Shown: positions 10,601 through 21,235 of the stretch, one piece after another
Layout of the letters: each line of letters begins with the position of its first letter
Numbering within the stretch: the stretch's first letter is position 1
NCBI RefSeq assembly: GCF_024521635.1
Contig: NW_026250406.1
Coordinates: 1,674,001 to 1,721,661, forward strand
Origin: Tricharina praecox
Lineage: Eukaryota
Reading direction: 5' to 3'
DNA: 47,661 bases
Position numbers and translations under genes: made by a program
Notes under the pieces: model-generated
What the model was told of the DNA's origin: nothing
The model's input: only the letters and a program-made list of their open reading frames with translations
Databases searched by the model: none

Positions 10601-11517
10601 TGCCGATGGGGTGGTAGGTTCTGCGCCAACCTTTCGGAGAACAGGTGGAGAAATTCGTGATATTCGGGGGGAATGTGGGCGGTTGAGCTCTGTTTTTCTT
10701 CAGATAGAACTTCATTGATCTCCCTCAGGGTCGTGGTGAAGATGGTAAGGTTCTCCTTTCCTGCCATCTGCTGGAAAGACTTCATCCGGAGGGCTGAGAT
10801 TCTGACCGTGGGTTTTCTCTGGTTAGCATCCTGCTGGTGTTCATTGATCTGGGGAGACGTAACGTATCGGGCCACGATGTCGCCGGCCCCCGCGCTTACC
10901 GCTGGCTCCTCCAGAGCTACGTTTGGTGCGAGAGCGTAAGGTAGTTCCGGTGGGTCTGTGGTGATACCGTGGGCTACTGTGGGTACCGTATTGCAGTGTG
11001 CAGTGCAATATTGGGAACCAAAGGTGAGGGTGCGTGAGCTGAATCGGATGGCCACGTCGTGTAGGTCCATCCAGGGAATTCCGAGTACGATTGGGTAGTG
11101 CCCCAGTTTCGTGACGAACATCGGGAGTTCTTCATGGTGCTCTTGAATTGACAGGGTGGTGGTGGCAACGTGTGTGATGTCGCCGGACTCGATGGGGCGG
11201 CCGTCGATGACCTCAAGGGCGCGCGGGGATTCAAGGGGTACAAGGGGTAGGTTGTGATGGCGGGCGAAGTCTTTGTCTACAAAGGCGATTCCGGTTGCTC
11301 CACAATTGATCAGCGCATGCGTGGCAATGGTTTTGTCACCAAACGAAAGGTTACATAGTACAACGAGATGTTTTCCTTCCATTGATGATTCCTCCACTAC
11401 CATCCCAGACACTGACAAATTGGACAAACGATAATGAGTAGAAAAGGGAGAAAAAGACTTATCCTGGGTACGACCAACAACGGTGCCATCAAGCAGTTGT
11501 TGGTCTAGGCTTTTCCC
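7567..11517 (-). CDS. pol: Pol polyprotein of A1 (protease with D-to-N change, RT, RNase H, integrase, chromodomain); probably made by -1 frameshift from gag
   Basis: Open 1328-codon frame with ALINCGAT, LCVDYRGLN, AFLDD, ETDASDY, HHCC (HDPPAMGH...CHTC), DDE motifs and chromodomain EWEVEEVLDSR...YLVKWRGF...TWEPEENL. The stop lies inside the 3' LTR. Confidence 0.95.
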   Translation of the reverse strand, partial: GKSLDQQLLDGTVVGRTQDKSFSPFSTHYRLSNLSVSGMVVEESSMEGKHLVVLCNLSFGDKTIATHALINCGATGIAFVDKDFARHHNLPLVPLESPRALEVIDGRPIESGDITHVATTTLSIQEHHEELPMFVTKLGHYPIVLGIPWMDLHDVAIRFSSRTLTFGSQYCTAHCNTVPTVAHGITTDPPELPYALAPNVALEEPAVSAGAGDIVARYVTSPQINEHQQDANQRKPTVRISALRMKSFQQMAGKENLTIFTTTLREINEVLSEEKQSSTAHIPPEYHEFLHLFSERLAQNLPPHRQYDHKIPLKEGFVPPYGPLYSLSKTELVALKEWLDDNLSKGFIRASSSPAASPILFVKKSDGSLRLCVDYRGLNEGTIKNRYPLPLLQETLMRLSGAKYFTTLDIRGAYNLVRMAEGEEWKTAFRTRYGLFESLVMPFGLTNAPADFQALINDVLRPFLDDFCTAFLDDVFIYSASLEEHQKQVTKVLRALSSAGLHLKPEKCHFHQTEVKYLGLIITTEGIKMDPAKVSCVLEWEKPTTVTDVQCFLGFANFYRRFIQDYSKVVSPLTAMTKKENGKYVPFEWGIDQQQAFDTLKTAFTSAPILRHFDYDREIVVETDASDYVSAGILSQYDDDGILHPVAFYSKKHSPAECNYEIYDKELLAIVRAFEEWRPHLEGAAHPIQVLSDHKNLEYFMSTKLLNRRQARWSEFLSRFDFKIVYRPGKAGGKPDALTRRSGDLPKEGDERLLANQQAVLKPQNLPEELRLSATNPLEVPRPALSTLINEAYQADPVPNKILQLLRNGTRHSKDISLADCSEVNGQLHYRDCLYVPEHDPLRLRLIQDHHDPPAMGHPGRAKTLELLARNYYWPQMRTDVDRFVRNCHTCRRTKATRHAPYGVLRPLPVPEKPWQHISVDFVTGLPPSKGFDAICVFVDRLTKQRHLLPCNTTITSEGLAELFCDRIFRYHGLPDTIVSDRGPQFASRFWKHLCSCLKIDARLSTAFHPQTDGQTERMNAVMEQHLRAYVSYLQDDWVDYLFLAEFAGNNQTSDTTTLSPFFANLGYHPRCDFELDIRTDTNEERQAQTAVERLQQIHDVARSEMRYAQARQQDNTDRHRTPAPAFQPGDMVWVDGRNWRTERPSRKLENKHHGPYRITRAIGTHAYELDIPNTIQKHRTFPVSLLHASADDPLPGQILPPPLPVIVNDQEEWEVEEVLDSRTLRGRLQYLVKWRGFTAPTWEPEENLVDVQAVDDFHQRYPTKPGPVQLALVGTRALGGATVTARDGTFEEESEQGWEGSAGAVQGAARAAMQE
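7670..7681 (-). promoter_or_regulatory. Polypurine tract of A1
   Basis: AGGAGGGGCTAC immediately upstream of the 3' LTR. Confidence 0.85.
11472..11517 (-). promoter_or_regulatory. Predicted -1 ribosomal frameshift signal (G GGA AAA plus 10-bp stem-loop)
   Basis: Heptamer 11517-11511, 5-nt spacer, then GACCAACAAC...GTTGTTGGTC; pol is in the -1 frame; conserved in A2 at 13972-14017. Confidence 0.8.
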
Positions 11518-12695
11518 GACTGTCCTTGGTTGTCGCCACAATTCTGGTTGCAATTGTGGTATGGGTGGTCGGGGGTCAGGGTTCCAGGTTGCTCGTGCGT
11601 CAGCTGTGCAGCTGCGGCACGGAAAGGGTTCCGATTCTTGTTCGGGCAGTGTCGGGCCATGTGGCCACTGCCTCCACAGTATAGGCAGCGACCCTCGCGG
11701 AGACGCGCAGCTCGTTCTTGATCAGAGATCTTGCGACTGTTCGCGCTGAGGTCCATAGCCCCTGGGGCTGTTCCGGTTGCAGTGGTTGCCGGTGGTGTAC
11801 TGTTATGCGTTTGATTCCTCGGCGGGGCTGGGGGTTGCGGGGTGGGGTTTTGTCGCGGGGGGTTGCGGCGGCCTTCACGGAGTTGGAGGGCACGTAGCTC
11901 GGAATCGAGGCTCTGGCAGAGAGCCACGAACTGGTTGTAGGTGAGTCCCTGAGTGCGGCCCACCAGTTGTCAGTGGAGCTCGATGGAGACTCCTTCGCGG
12001 AGTGCGTCGAGTTTGGCATGCTCGTCCCAGTTCAGCTTGGACACGAGTCTTTGAAACTCCGCAAAGTAAGACGTAAAGTCCTTGTTTCCTTGCTTGAGGC
12101 GGTGAAGTTCGGCGCGTGCGGTGGCTGCTGGGTCAGGATCGCCGAAGGCGTTTTCGAGGATGGTGACCATGGCATCGGCGTCGGTCAAGCTGATCACGTT
12201 GTTCTGGATGTACGGCAGTATCTGGGCTTGGGCACGGCCTTCGAGACGGTTGAAGGTGTAGGCCATTCTGAGTGCTGGGGACGGGAAACGGGTAGGGTCG
12301 CTGTATAGTTTGAGTCGAAGCTGGGCAACGAACTCTTCGAGCTTCTCTCGAGTGCCATCGAACATGGCTGGCTCCGGGACGCGCTCGGCGCGGCCCTGGG
12401 GTTGGGTTTCTAGTGTGGCGAGACGGTTGGCGATACGACGGGAGTTGGCAAGTTGTTCTTCGAGGTGGTCTATTCGCCAGGTGGGTGCTGCTGTGGGGGA
12501 TTGGGTGATTGCACGGGCTATGATTTGGAACTGGTTATACAACCCCGACAGTGTTGCATTGTCGGCGGGTGAGTCGTGGTTAACGATGATCTCGAGTTGT
12601 TCGTAGACAGTGGCGGGAATTTCTCGACAGTAGGGAGGTGCCACCAGTACTTCCTCCTGCTGGGGAGGGTCTGGTGCTGGGGTATTGGTGGCCAT
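11505..12695 (-). pseudogene. gag: A1 gag with CCHC zinc knuckle and one in-frame TGA (11970-11972)
   Basis: ORFs 11970-12695 and 11505-11963 share a frame; CLYCGGSGHMARHC present; A2 has Arg (CGG) at the TGA position. Confidence 0.92.
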
Positions 12696-12723
12696 GGTTC
12701 TTCGCTAGGTGGAGAGATGGGCG

Positions 12724-12732
12724 ACGCAACAA
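12724..12732 (-). promoter_or_regulatory. Primer-binding site, self-priming type
   Basis: TTGTTGCGT 2 nt after the 5' LTR is complementary to ACGCAACAA in the LTR (12949-12941), about 32 nt downstream of TATATAAA (12988-12981). Confidence 0.8.
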
Positions 12733-12734
12733 AG

Positions 12735-13245
12735 TGTAACGGTATGGTCGGGCAAGGCTCCAGGTAGCGAAGTCGGGCTCGGAATCGGGTTCTAGGTTCG
12801 GCAGAGACAAGACAGGTTCAGAGGACAAGGTGAGGCAGGGCTCAGTGCAGACGGCAACTGAGAACAGAGGCAGGGACAAGGACTACGGCGCAGACGGCAG
12901 CCGAGGCAAGGACAGAGGTAACAGTGATTGAATTAACAAGTTGTTGCGTGAAGAACTAAGTACAGAGGGGCAACGGCCCGTTTATATAGGAAACCCTCCA
13001 CTTCTTCTCGCAACCTGACAATAACCGTGGGCGTGTGCCAGACCCTGAGAAATCCACCTTGCCAGTACCCCCGCTTCCGTGACTCATACCCTGCGCAGCC
13101 GCACTACCCCTGCTTACTGCACACAGCCCCAATTCCTCCGGCTCATTCCTGCATTGCCGCCCGCGCAGCCCCTTGCACTGCCCCCGCGCTGCCTTCCCAC
13201 CCCTGTTCCGACTCTTCCTCAAACGTCCCGTCGCGAGCCGTGACA
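12735..13245 (-). repeat. 5' LTR of A1 with TATA box at 12981-12988
   Basis: 511-bp near-identical partner of 7159-7669. Confidence 0.97.
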
Positions 13246-13250
13246 CCGCG

Positions 13251-13984
13251 CGCAAGCCCAGATCCTGCCGTGCCTTGAGAATCACAACATCACCCTCACC
13301 GACGCTGATGCAATCATCACACTCCTGAACAACGCATTTGGTGACCCTGACCCAGCGGCCACCGCTCGAGCCAAGCTACACCACCTGAAACAAGGCAATA
13401 AGGAGTTCACCTCCTACTTTGCGGAATTCCAGATGCTTGTCTCCAAGCTCGATTGGGACGAGCATGCGAAACTTGACGCGCTGCGAGAAGGAGTATCCAT
13501 CGAACTCCATCGGCAACTTGTGGGCCGTACTCAGGGCCTCAACTACGATGAGTTTGTGGCCCTCTGTCAACGCCTTGACTCCGAGCTGCGTGCCCTCCAA
13601 CTTCGTGAGGGACGCCGCACCACCAAGCCCCTTCGGCAGAGTAGCGCCCCACACCCAACGGTGCCGCTCAGGCACACCACCCACAACACCATGCCCGCGA
13701 CGACCACTGCCACAGGAACGGCCCCCGGAGCCATGGACTTGAGTGCCAACAGCCGCAGGATCTCAGATCAAGAGCGTGCCGCTCGACTCTGCGAAGGCCG
13801 CTGTCTGTACTGTGGAGGAAGTGGCCACATGGCGAGGCACTGCCCCAACAAGAACCGAAATCCGTTCCGAGCAGCCGTTGCCCGGCTGGAGTCAACCCAG
13901 CCGACCAACACCACCCCGGCTCACACCTATCACAACTGCAACCAGGATTGCGGCGAGACCTCCCAGCAGTCGGGAAAAGCCTAG
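13251..13984 (+). pseudogene. gag: A2 gag, 3' part with CCHC knuckle
   Basis: AQAQILP...NAFGDPDPAATARA...CLYCGGSGHMARHC...SGKA stop. Confidence 0.92.
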
Positions 13985-14409
13985 ACCAACAACCGCTTGA
14001 TGGCACTGTTGTTGGTCGTACCCAGGATAAGTCTTTGTCTCCTATGTCCCCTATTTTTCGTTTGTCTAGTCTCTCAGTGTCAGGAATGGTTGTGGAAGAA
14101 TCATCAATGGAAGGAAAACATCTTGTTGTATTGTGTAACCTTTCGTTTGGTGACAAAACTATTGCCACGCATGCGCTGATCGACTGTGGGGCAACCGGAA
14201 TTGCATTTGTAGACAAAGACTTCGCCCGCCATCACCACCTACCCCTCGTACCCCTGAAATTCCCGCGAAGTCTCGAAGTCATCGATGGCTGTCCCATCGA
14301 GTCAGGCGACATCACACATGTTGCCACCACCACCCTGTTCATACAGGAACACCACGAGGAAATCCCTATGTTTGTCACCAAACTAGGCCACTACCCCGTT
14401 GTACTCGGC
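13972..14409 (+). pseudogene. pol: A2 pol 5' fragment (aspartic protease), truncated
   Basis: ALIDCGATGIAFV catalytic motif; similarity to A1 stops after PVVLG. Confidence 0.9.
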
Positions 14410-17400
14410 CAAGCTTGGCATTTTATGGGTAACGCTAATCAGTTAGTTTTTTCGGGTTCGACACGTAGGCCAATTTCGCAGGCATACCACCTCTCTAGTA
14501 CAAAGATCTCTCGGCCTTCTTGGCACGTTCCGCGTGCACGCGTAGATCAGACGCGTCACGCTTCCCGAACTTGAGCTTATCTTCGCGTCGAGCGCCGTGC
14601 GGACTCAACAATGATCCAATGATGAACCCGCCGGATTGTTTTTACTTCAAAGCTGCGAGGCGGGGTCCAGTTTCTTGGCGGGATCTTATTTACTTTAGCT
14701 GAACGTCTGTGTCTTTCTTTGCGATACTCACCGCGTTGTTATCCATTGTGGTCCGTATATCGCGCGTAGTAACTAACACGTGATGGAGATGACGCTTGGT
14801 AGATAGTGGTTGGCAGGGCAACCACACGGACCCTGCTCGGGTCACCTTCGTCTCCCTTCCACTGCTCTCTCAATTTCACCATCTTCGTCTCGTTCCGTCC
14901 ACTGCCTACTCTCGACGTTTTACCGCTACCACCCCCAAACTTCGATCTTACTACGGTCGCACAAGCATGGACTTCACCGCCTGCCTCTGTCGCCACACCG
15001 CTGGCACAGAAGGACTACTCGCAGACTCCTGAATCAACACGATCCACGCCCAGAAGAACACCCGTCGCGACGGCAACAGTATCAGCCTCCGAAAGAGCCT
15101 CGGTGGTCGGATCCAAACATACGAAACCAACGGACGCTTGTTTAAATACAAAATACACCAAAATTAAGGATATGAAGTCCCCTTCGTGTCCGAATCGAGT
15201 CGGTGGCGGACAAGATCGTGAAACGAGTGAGGGGATGCGATAGGCACCTCAATGTTCTCACAGAGCACAGGCCAGCATCACCGAACGAAGGTGTAGATAG
15301 TACCAAGTAGAGTCAGAGATGGAGGAGTAAACAGCTGTGACGGCGAAGTATATGCCCACCGCCACGCCGTCGCGGGCTTCGCGCAAAGATATAACCACTT
15401 CTCGTCGTAAAGGAATGTGCGATGCGTTCCGGCGTGAGCAGTAGACAACTCGTGCCTTGAGGAGGATATATCAGGAAAACTGCGAAAACAGTCGGAACGT
15501 AGCAAGCTGTGGCCCGCGACTGTCGTGTCGTATCCTGTTAAGGCCACTCAAGTGGCTAAACCTTTAACCGTATCACTTCTCGATGTCGAATCGCGGATAT
15601 CCCTCTCTATCGTAGTATCGCAGTATCCCACATATGTACCTAAGTGGTTTTCCAGCACGTCAATCACGACTATTTTCTCTTCCGGGATTACATACCTAGG
15701 TAGACAGCTATGTAGGGCTTGAAAGTGCTCGCTTCCTATGTAGAATGTATGTGCAAGTATGCTGCGTACATACCGTCTCTAACATAATAACAATGCGATT
15801 GTGCGTTTGATCATACCCGCATTCCGGCTACCTACCTAGACCATGACAGCATAGGTCCTCTACTAGTAGATAACTAAGCAGTCACAGGATTCTTCCTACG
15901 GTCCAGGAATATAGATAACCAACAGGCTTGATGTACATACCACCCATGTTCCAACGCCACCATGGATGCGCATCAATTCTTCCACCAGGGCATGCGGGTG
16001 GGGTGAGGTGGGGTACGAGTGAGAAGTTGTGCGTGCATCGTGGGGGGAGGCTCCGCAAGTCTATGTTGATCTTCTCAGTGGGTTTCTGCCAACTGGCTTC
16101 ATGCGAGTTCTGATTTAACATCAACTGAATATGATAGTTACCTAGATTCCCGGTTATCCCTTCCAGAAAAGATCGGATTGACGGCAGTCCTGAGAGACTC
16201 TGTATACTTCTTCGTATCAACCACTGTTCCTATGGAGTTCCACCGCTTTCGTCGGTAATAGATAAATACTATATGTAGCCCGGCTACGTACGATGCGACG
16301 ATCGAACCCCACGTCTGCAGCAGGGCAGGGCGATATAGAGTATGTACCTACATAGAGTCTGTAGGATTATACGTCTCGCACGGACGGATAAGCGCCAGGG
16401 CGTAGTCAGCGGCGACGGCTGCGAGTGGACGAAGCGTGCAAGGATAACTACTAACCAACTAGGTAGTAGTTAGCGGGAGCCCGAAAGCCACCGCAGGCGG
16501 CAGGCATATTCGTCCACTCTCGATCGCATTTCGCTTCACGTCCCCCGGATCAAGCTCTCGAGTTACATAATTACGAGCTGACGGCATATATTTGTAAGCA
16601 CGACTGGGAGTCTGGGACTTGCATGCGCCATGCGGCGACTGGCAATCGAGGGACATCCATTGGCCCCGAAGACTGAGACGAGTAAATGCGGGCACTGGAC
16701 AGTACTAGGAGTCGCAGTGGTCGGCTTGGACGCGGTATCGTGTAATTGTCATTCTGGCAGGGAATCGTGATGATCCTGGCTCCGCAGGGCTTGTAGTTGG
16801 TTACTCCAGAAATTAAGAGTTGGTTACTTAGCACAAGATGCGGGGCAATTCAGTGCCGGGCCGCCGCACCTTGTACCACCACCACCACCACGAATAACCC
16901 TTACCCCCTGTAGAGTAGATACATCTCGCGATCTCATTGAGTGAAGACGTATGTAGGATCGAACCCTCGCCGGAAGTGCACTGAGGGATCCGCGGTGACG
17001 ACGCTCGGGTGGCTTTGTGGTACATATCCATCATGTGGAAGACTGTCTACCTATCCAGTAGTTCGCCTCCACCGGGCAACCAACTGACTACCCAAAACAA
17101 TGCCGTCCGGTGAGTGCAGCAACGGTACTACCGTAGGGGCTGCCGGGTGCCGCTTATGTAGCCTCTAGAAAAGCCACAGCCGATGATGATGCTACGCTGT
17201 ACGTATGTACCTATGGAGGGGCATGATTCTGGCGCCTGTCACCGACAATTTTCATCCTGGTCCCCAGCAAACGTAGCCCGGCCTCGCCAACGCCGCCTAC
17301 GCAGCTACGCAGTCGCTTCCAGTGCAGATATTTGCTCTCGACAAAGGGGATGGATCATGGATCTACATATCAAATCCTTTTGGTTGCATAATTTCTACTA

Positions 17401-20400
17401 CTAGCCATGTATGGCAAAGCTGTATCTCGTATCGAACTCCAGCCGCCACATGGCGGGCGAGAGGAACTCAGAACTAGGCACCGATTGTGCTTGTTCTTAT
17501 CCCTTCATTGACTACCTCCTGTCTGCTCTGTTCTCGGGAGTCGGGATTACAAGAAACTTTGGAATGGGACGCCGGATCTGGAGGTAAGAAATGATTGCCT
17601 CTAGAAAGGACAGTACAGTTGTGGTCGAGCCATGGAGGAGCTTTTGGCGGGTGGAACTGATGTAGAGTAGTAAGTACCAGGTCAAACATTTTTGTACACC
17701 TCCCCAACAGCGTCACCACACCAGACATATATTTAGCAGAGGGTATCAACACTGGTGGGCATGGCGGGGTCGACCACTGAATGAGTAGGGGGGGATGTGT
17801 TTTCTGCCACTACCGTGAGAGGACACATGTAGGATCGATGGAGGATCAGGTAAGATAACAGCAGGAGAGGCTAGTCGGATCGGTGGAACCGAATGGTTAT
17901 GTCAGCCGCACTAGCCGGATCGAGTGACAACGAACGTTGTAGGCAGCGGAGGACAACCACATGAGATGGCTCTTTGAAGCTGAATACAACCTCAACTTCT
18001 TCATCATCTTTCATTTTCGCCGTCTCCCATCCAACACTACTTCACATGGGGGCTCCCTCAGAGCAGTTCTACTATCGCTGTGTCTAAGCACTTGCAATCT
18101 CACAGTTATGGGATAATGGGACCTCAAGTCACATTTACTGTTGCTCGGACGCAGGAGCAGTAACAGCTTCAACCTTCGATACTGCAGCCGCAGCTGCCGT
18201 CGTCATTATGTACATACTTCCGAAGCAGATACAGCATCCGGCGTGAGCTTTGGAGGTTGCGATGATTGCAGGACTCCCGCATGACTGTCCGTGGACTGGG
18301 CGTCTTGCGGCTCTTGCTGCGACGTTCGGATACTATGGATACTGTGGATGCGAAAAACCAACCGCTCTGCACTGTTACAATTGTGGTACCGCGAAGTCCA
18401 CTCTCTGCTGCAGCTTTGCGCTCTCGTCCGGACAAACTGCTGACACAGTGTACACTCCATTATCATCAATTTCCCCCTTTCAATGGGGCCTGTCCTTGTG
18501 CCTCTCATCCGGTACTCTCCTAGCTACGCCGAAGTCAAAGCACAAAAGCATAAAGTACATGATGCTTTGTCTCCAAGGCTTTGACGGGCTTCCGGGCGTA
18601 CATCAAACGAACATGGTACCCCGGGAGAACAGATTAGGGACTAGTAGTCAAAGTACTACAAGCACACGCCAGCACACAACGATGGGGGAGATAAAAAACC
18701 TGCATTCTCACCACTGTGTTGAGTTTGGTCTTCACTCTTCCAAAAGGGAGCTGGGATAGGAAACTAAAAGCGGGGCTCTTAGCTGGACGGTGGTCCCCCC
18801 TCACCGGGCAATCATTGAGGCTTTGAAGCATGATGCACATAGCTTCTGAGCCCTTCGGGAGCTACGAAATAGGAAAGCCGCCGTTTATGCGAGAACTTCA
18901 GATCTTCTCCATGAAATATCTTCGGAAAGCGAGCCATCGATGGAAGGTTAGACTCTCGCGTCTAGGACCGGAAACTACTACTCAATCGGGGCGTAAGTCT
19001 TATCCGGTCTCGGTTTCCGAGAGAACCTATCATGATACCGAGTTTTCCGGCTCAGCTCGACATCTCGTTTTCGAGCAGGCTCGCGAGCTGAAATTCCGTT
19101 GAGCTGCACACTCACGCCCGAGATCTAGAATTCGGAGCAAAGCGTACCGGGCATATCTTTCCGAATGCGGCGGAGAACCGGCCACATTGCCGTAGCCTTA
19201 CCCCGAGATCTTGACGGCCCATTGGTTCGAGTTCGGGAGTCTGGGCGGCACTGCTTTTCCTGGCATTCCTCATTTGGCTGTCCGTCCCGTCGTTGGGTAC
19301 GGACTGGGTGCACAGCATCGTGCAGTGTGTCCTTCGACATACCAGGGCTAGGACTAGCACTCTCGCATAGGAGAAGGGAGCTGGCCAGACAGAATCATAG
19401 TTGTGGCCAGATGTCGGAGTCATCGAGCGGCATGGGGGGCTGTTGGTCAACCAAGAGCAAAGAACCACCGGCTCGTGCCCCCCGGATCTTCATGTTTTCC
19501 AGAAAGCAGTCCTCGTATATCCAGAGATCCTTGACTGCAATATGTACCAGTCTGGACTGTGGAATGCAGTCGCGATCAGATTATGCGGGACACCGGTGTT
19601 TCATGTATGGGCACTCGCCAATGAGTTACCTACGTACCTACGGCGGTATTACGCAATTCCGTGACATCTCCGAGAAGGCTGGGTCGCTGCTCAGCTTGTC
19701 GGAGATATCCGTCCATGCGATGCATCCATGGCTGGTTACCACTCCTCGACTCGTCCTCCAGCGGCAGTCTGGAAGAGTGAAGCCCAACCAAAGTACATAT
19801 CGTATATACCACGTCTGCTGCCATTCGCAATCGCCTTGCATGCAGGAAGAAGGGATAATCGTTCGTGATGTTTTGTTGGGAAAGCCCGAAGCCGTCAGAG
19901 CCGGCCATCCAACTGATTCCTTCGCCGAGAATGTGTACAGACATGCGGGGCAAAAGTACAATCCTGCAGAAGGATATCGGTCGAATTACGCTGTTGCGGA
20001 CGGGGATTGAGCTGTCGACATTGGCAGCTACCGCAGCGATGGAGTTATCGGCTTCAATATAGAGCAATAGGTACTGGGGGTTTTGGGAGTTCGCTGCAAT
20101 GAACGATGGCGAAGACGACGTATCACCGCCAGGTAAGTCGGGGATCACGAACGAGAGCCGCATTCTGCAGGCGGACTCTGGCCATGTTTCGGAGATTGGG
20201 GGCTGCCATCATTGGAATTCGAGAAAAACGCAGGGTGTTCAAGTTGGGGTGCAGGGGGTGTTAACTAGGGCGCAGGGGACCTTTTCGTTGGCAGCCAACC
20301 CTATACTATTAACCAGGTACTCACTTATAGCACTCTACAGCGAACTCAGCCTCCGAGCCCCGTCGATCCTTTAAATAGGAAGCCCTTAGCTAGGCTAACT

Positions 20401-21235
20401 ATCTATCTACACATCTCATAGGCTGCCAACTTCTCGTGTGTTAGCATTCGGGCCTGGAGATTGGTCTCGACGGACGGGCGGAGTATGCGGGGGTGATTGG
20501 CAGTCGATCTTGATCCAATAGTGCCCCCCGTCAGTCCTAGAAGCACATCGTTCCTCCAACGCCATCGGCAAATCATCGCATGAACTGACTACTGCACAGA
20601 CGAGTCACCATCAGACGCAGACCTCGAAGGAGCCGCCGATTCGCAATCGCGGACGACTTCAATTATGCGCCTCCGCCTGCAGACCTCTCGCATATCCTGC
20701 AGGAAGGAATGCCTTCGCGTGCACTCTCTTCTGAAGAAAAGAAAAAAAAGCCTCCATCGCGGAGCGCATCAGCTAGCATGGAGTCCTAGAGGGGAGCTGT
20801 AGCTGTAGATCGACTTACGCGAATGGGAGGGAACGAGGGAATGTGTGAGAGAGGAAAACTATGGGAGACCATCCAACACGTTGCGAATCCCGACCTCGAA
20901 CCACAGAACTGCTGCACCGATGCCCCGCTTCTTCGTCCGTCTCCCTCCCCCGCGAACTAATCCGTCCAACTTCTAGCTTCGCGGTGAGGCCACAGAGGTG
21001 GAAGCTATGCTCCCTCGACTGGCTTCTAGGAACCACGAAAATCTCTGGCGAGGCTCGCTGTGGATGAGAATCTATTATATCAAGCCGGCTTCCCTTCCCC
21101 CAACATTCCCTCCTCATTCTCTCTACTCCTCACAGACACCAACAGTCCTCATCTTCCAGTCAGTTTCCCCCACATTCCAATCGGTTCTTCAATTTTCCGT
21201 CAGTTCCCTCCAACTTTCCCAATCAACCCGACAAA

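Larger units (their letters stand above)
7159..13245 (-). mobile_element. Full-length Ty3/Gypsy chromovirus LTR retrotransposon A1 (6087 bp), TSD CCGCG
   Basis: LTRs 12735-13245 (5') and 7159-7669 (3'), both 511 bp, differing only at ggtatgg vs ggcacgg by my reading. CCGCG at 7154-7158 and 13246-13250. Domain order gag-PR-RT-RH-IN-chromodomain. Confidence 0.98.
6092..14409 (+). mobile_element. Family A element A2: 5' LTR 6092-6649, gag split by A1, protease start, truncated at ~14409
   Basis: 558-bp LTR followed by CTTTGTTGCGT and a gag ATG at 6689. Gag reads ...NRLEGR| at 7158 and resumes |AQAQILP after 13250. Homology to A1 pol ends after GHYPVVLG. Confidence 0.93.

Noticed and set aside
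11964..11975. Programmed readthrough at gag TGA-CAA
   Set aside because: The paralogous A2 gag has Arg here, so a point mutation is the simpler explanation.
14420..20800. Many 60-280 aa ORFs (e.g. 14806-15243, 18250-18759, 19165-20010)
   Set aside because: No recognisable domain, consistent exon chain or codon signal; left unannotated.
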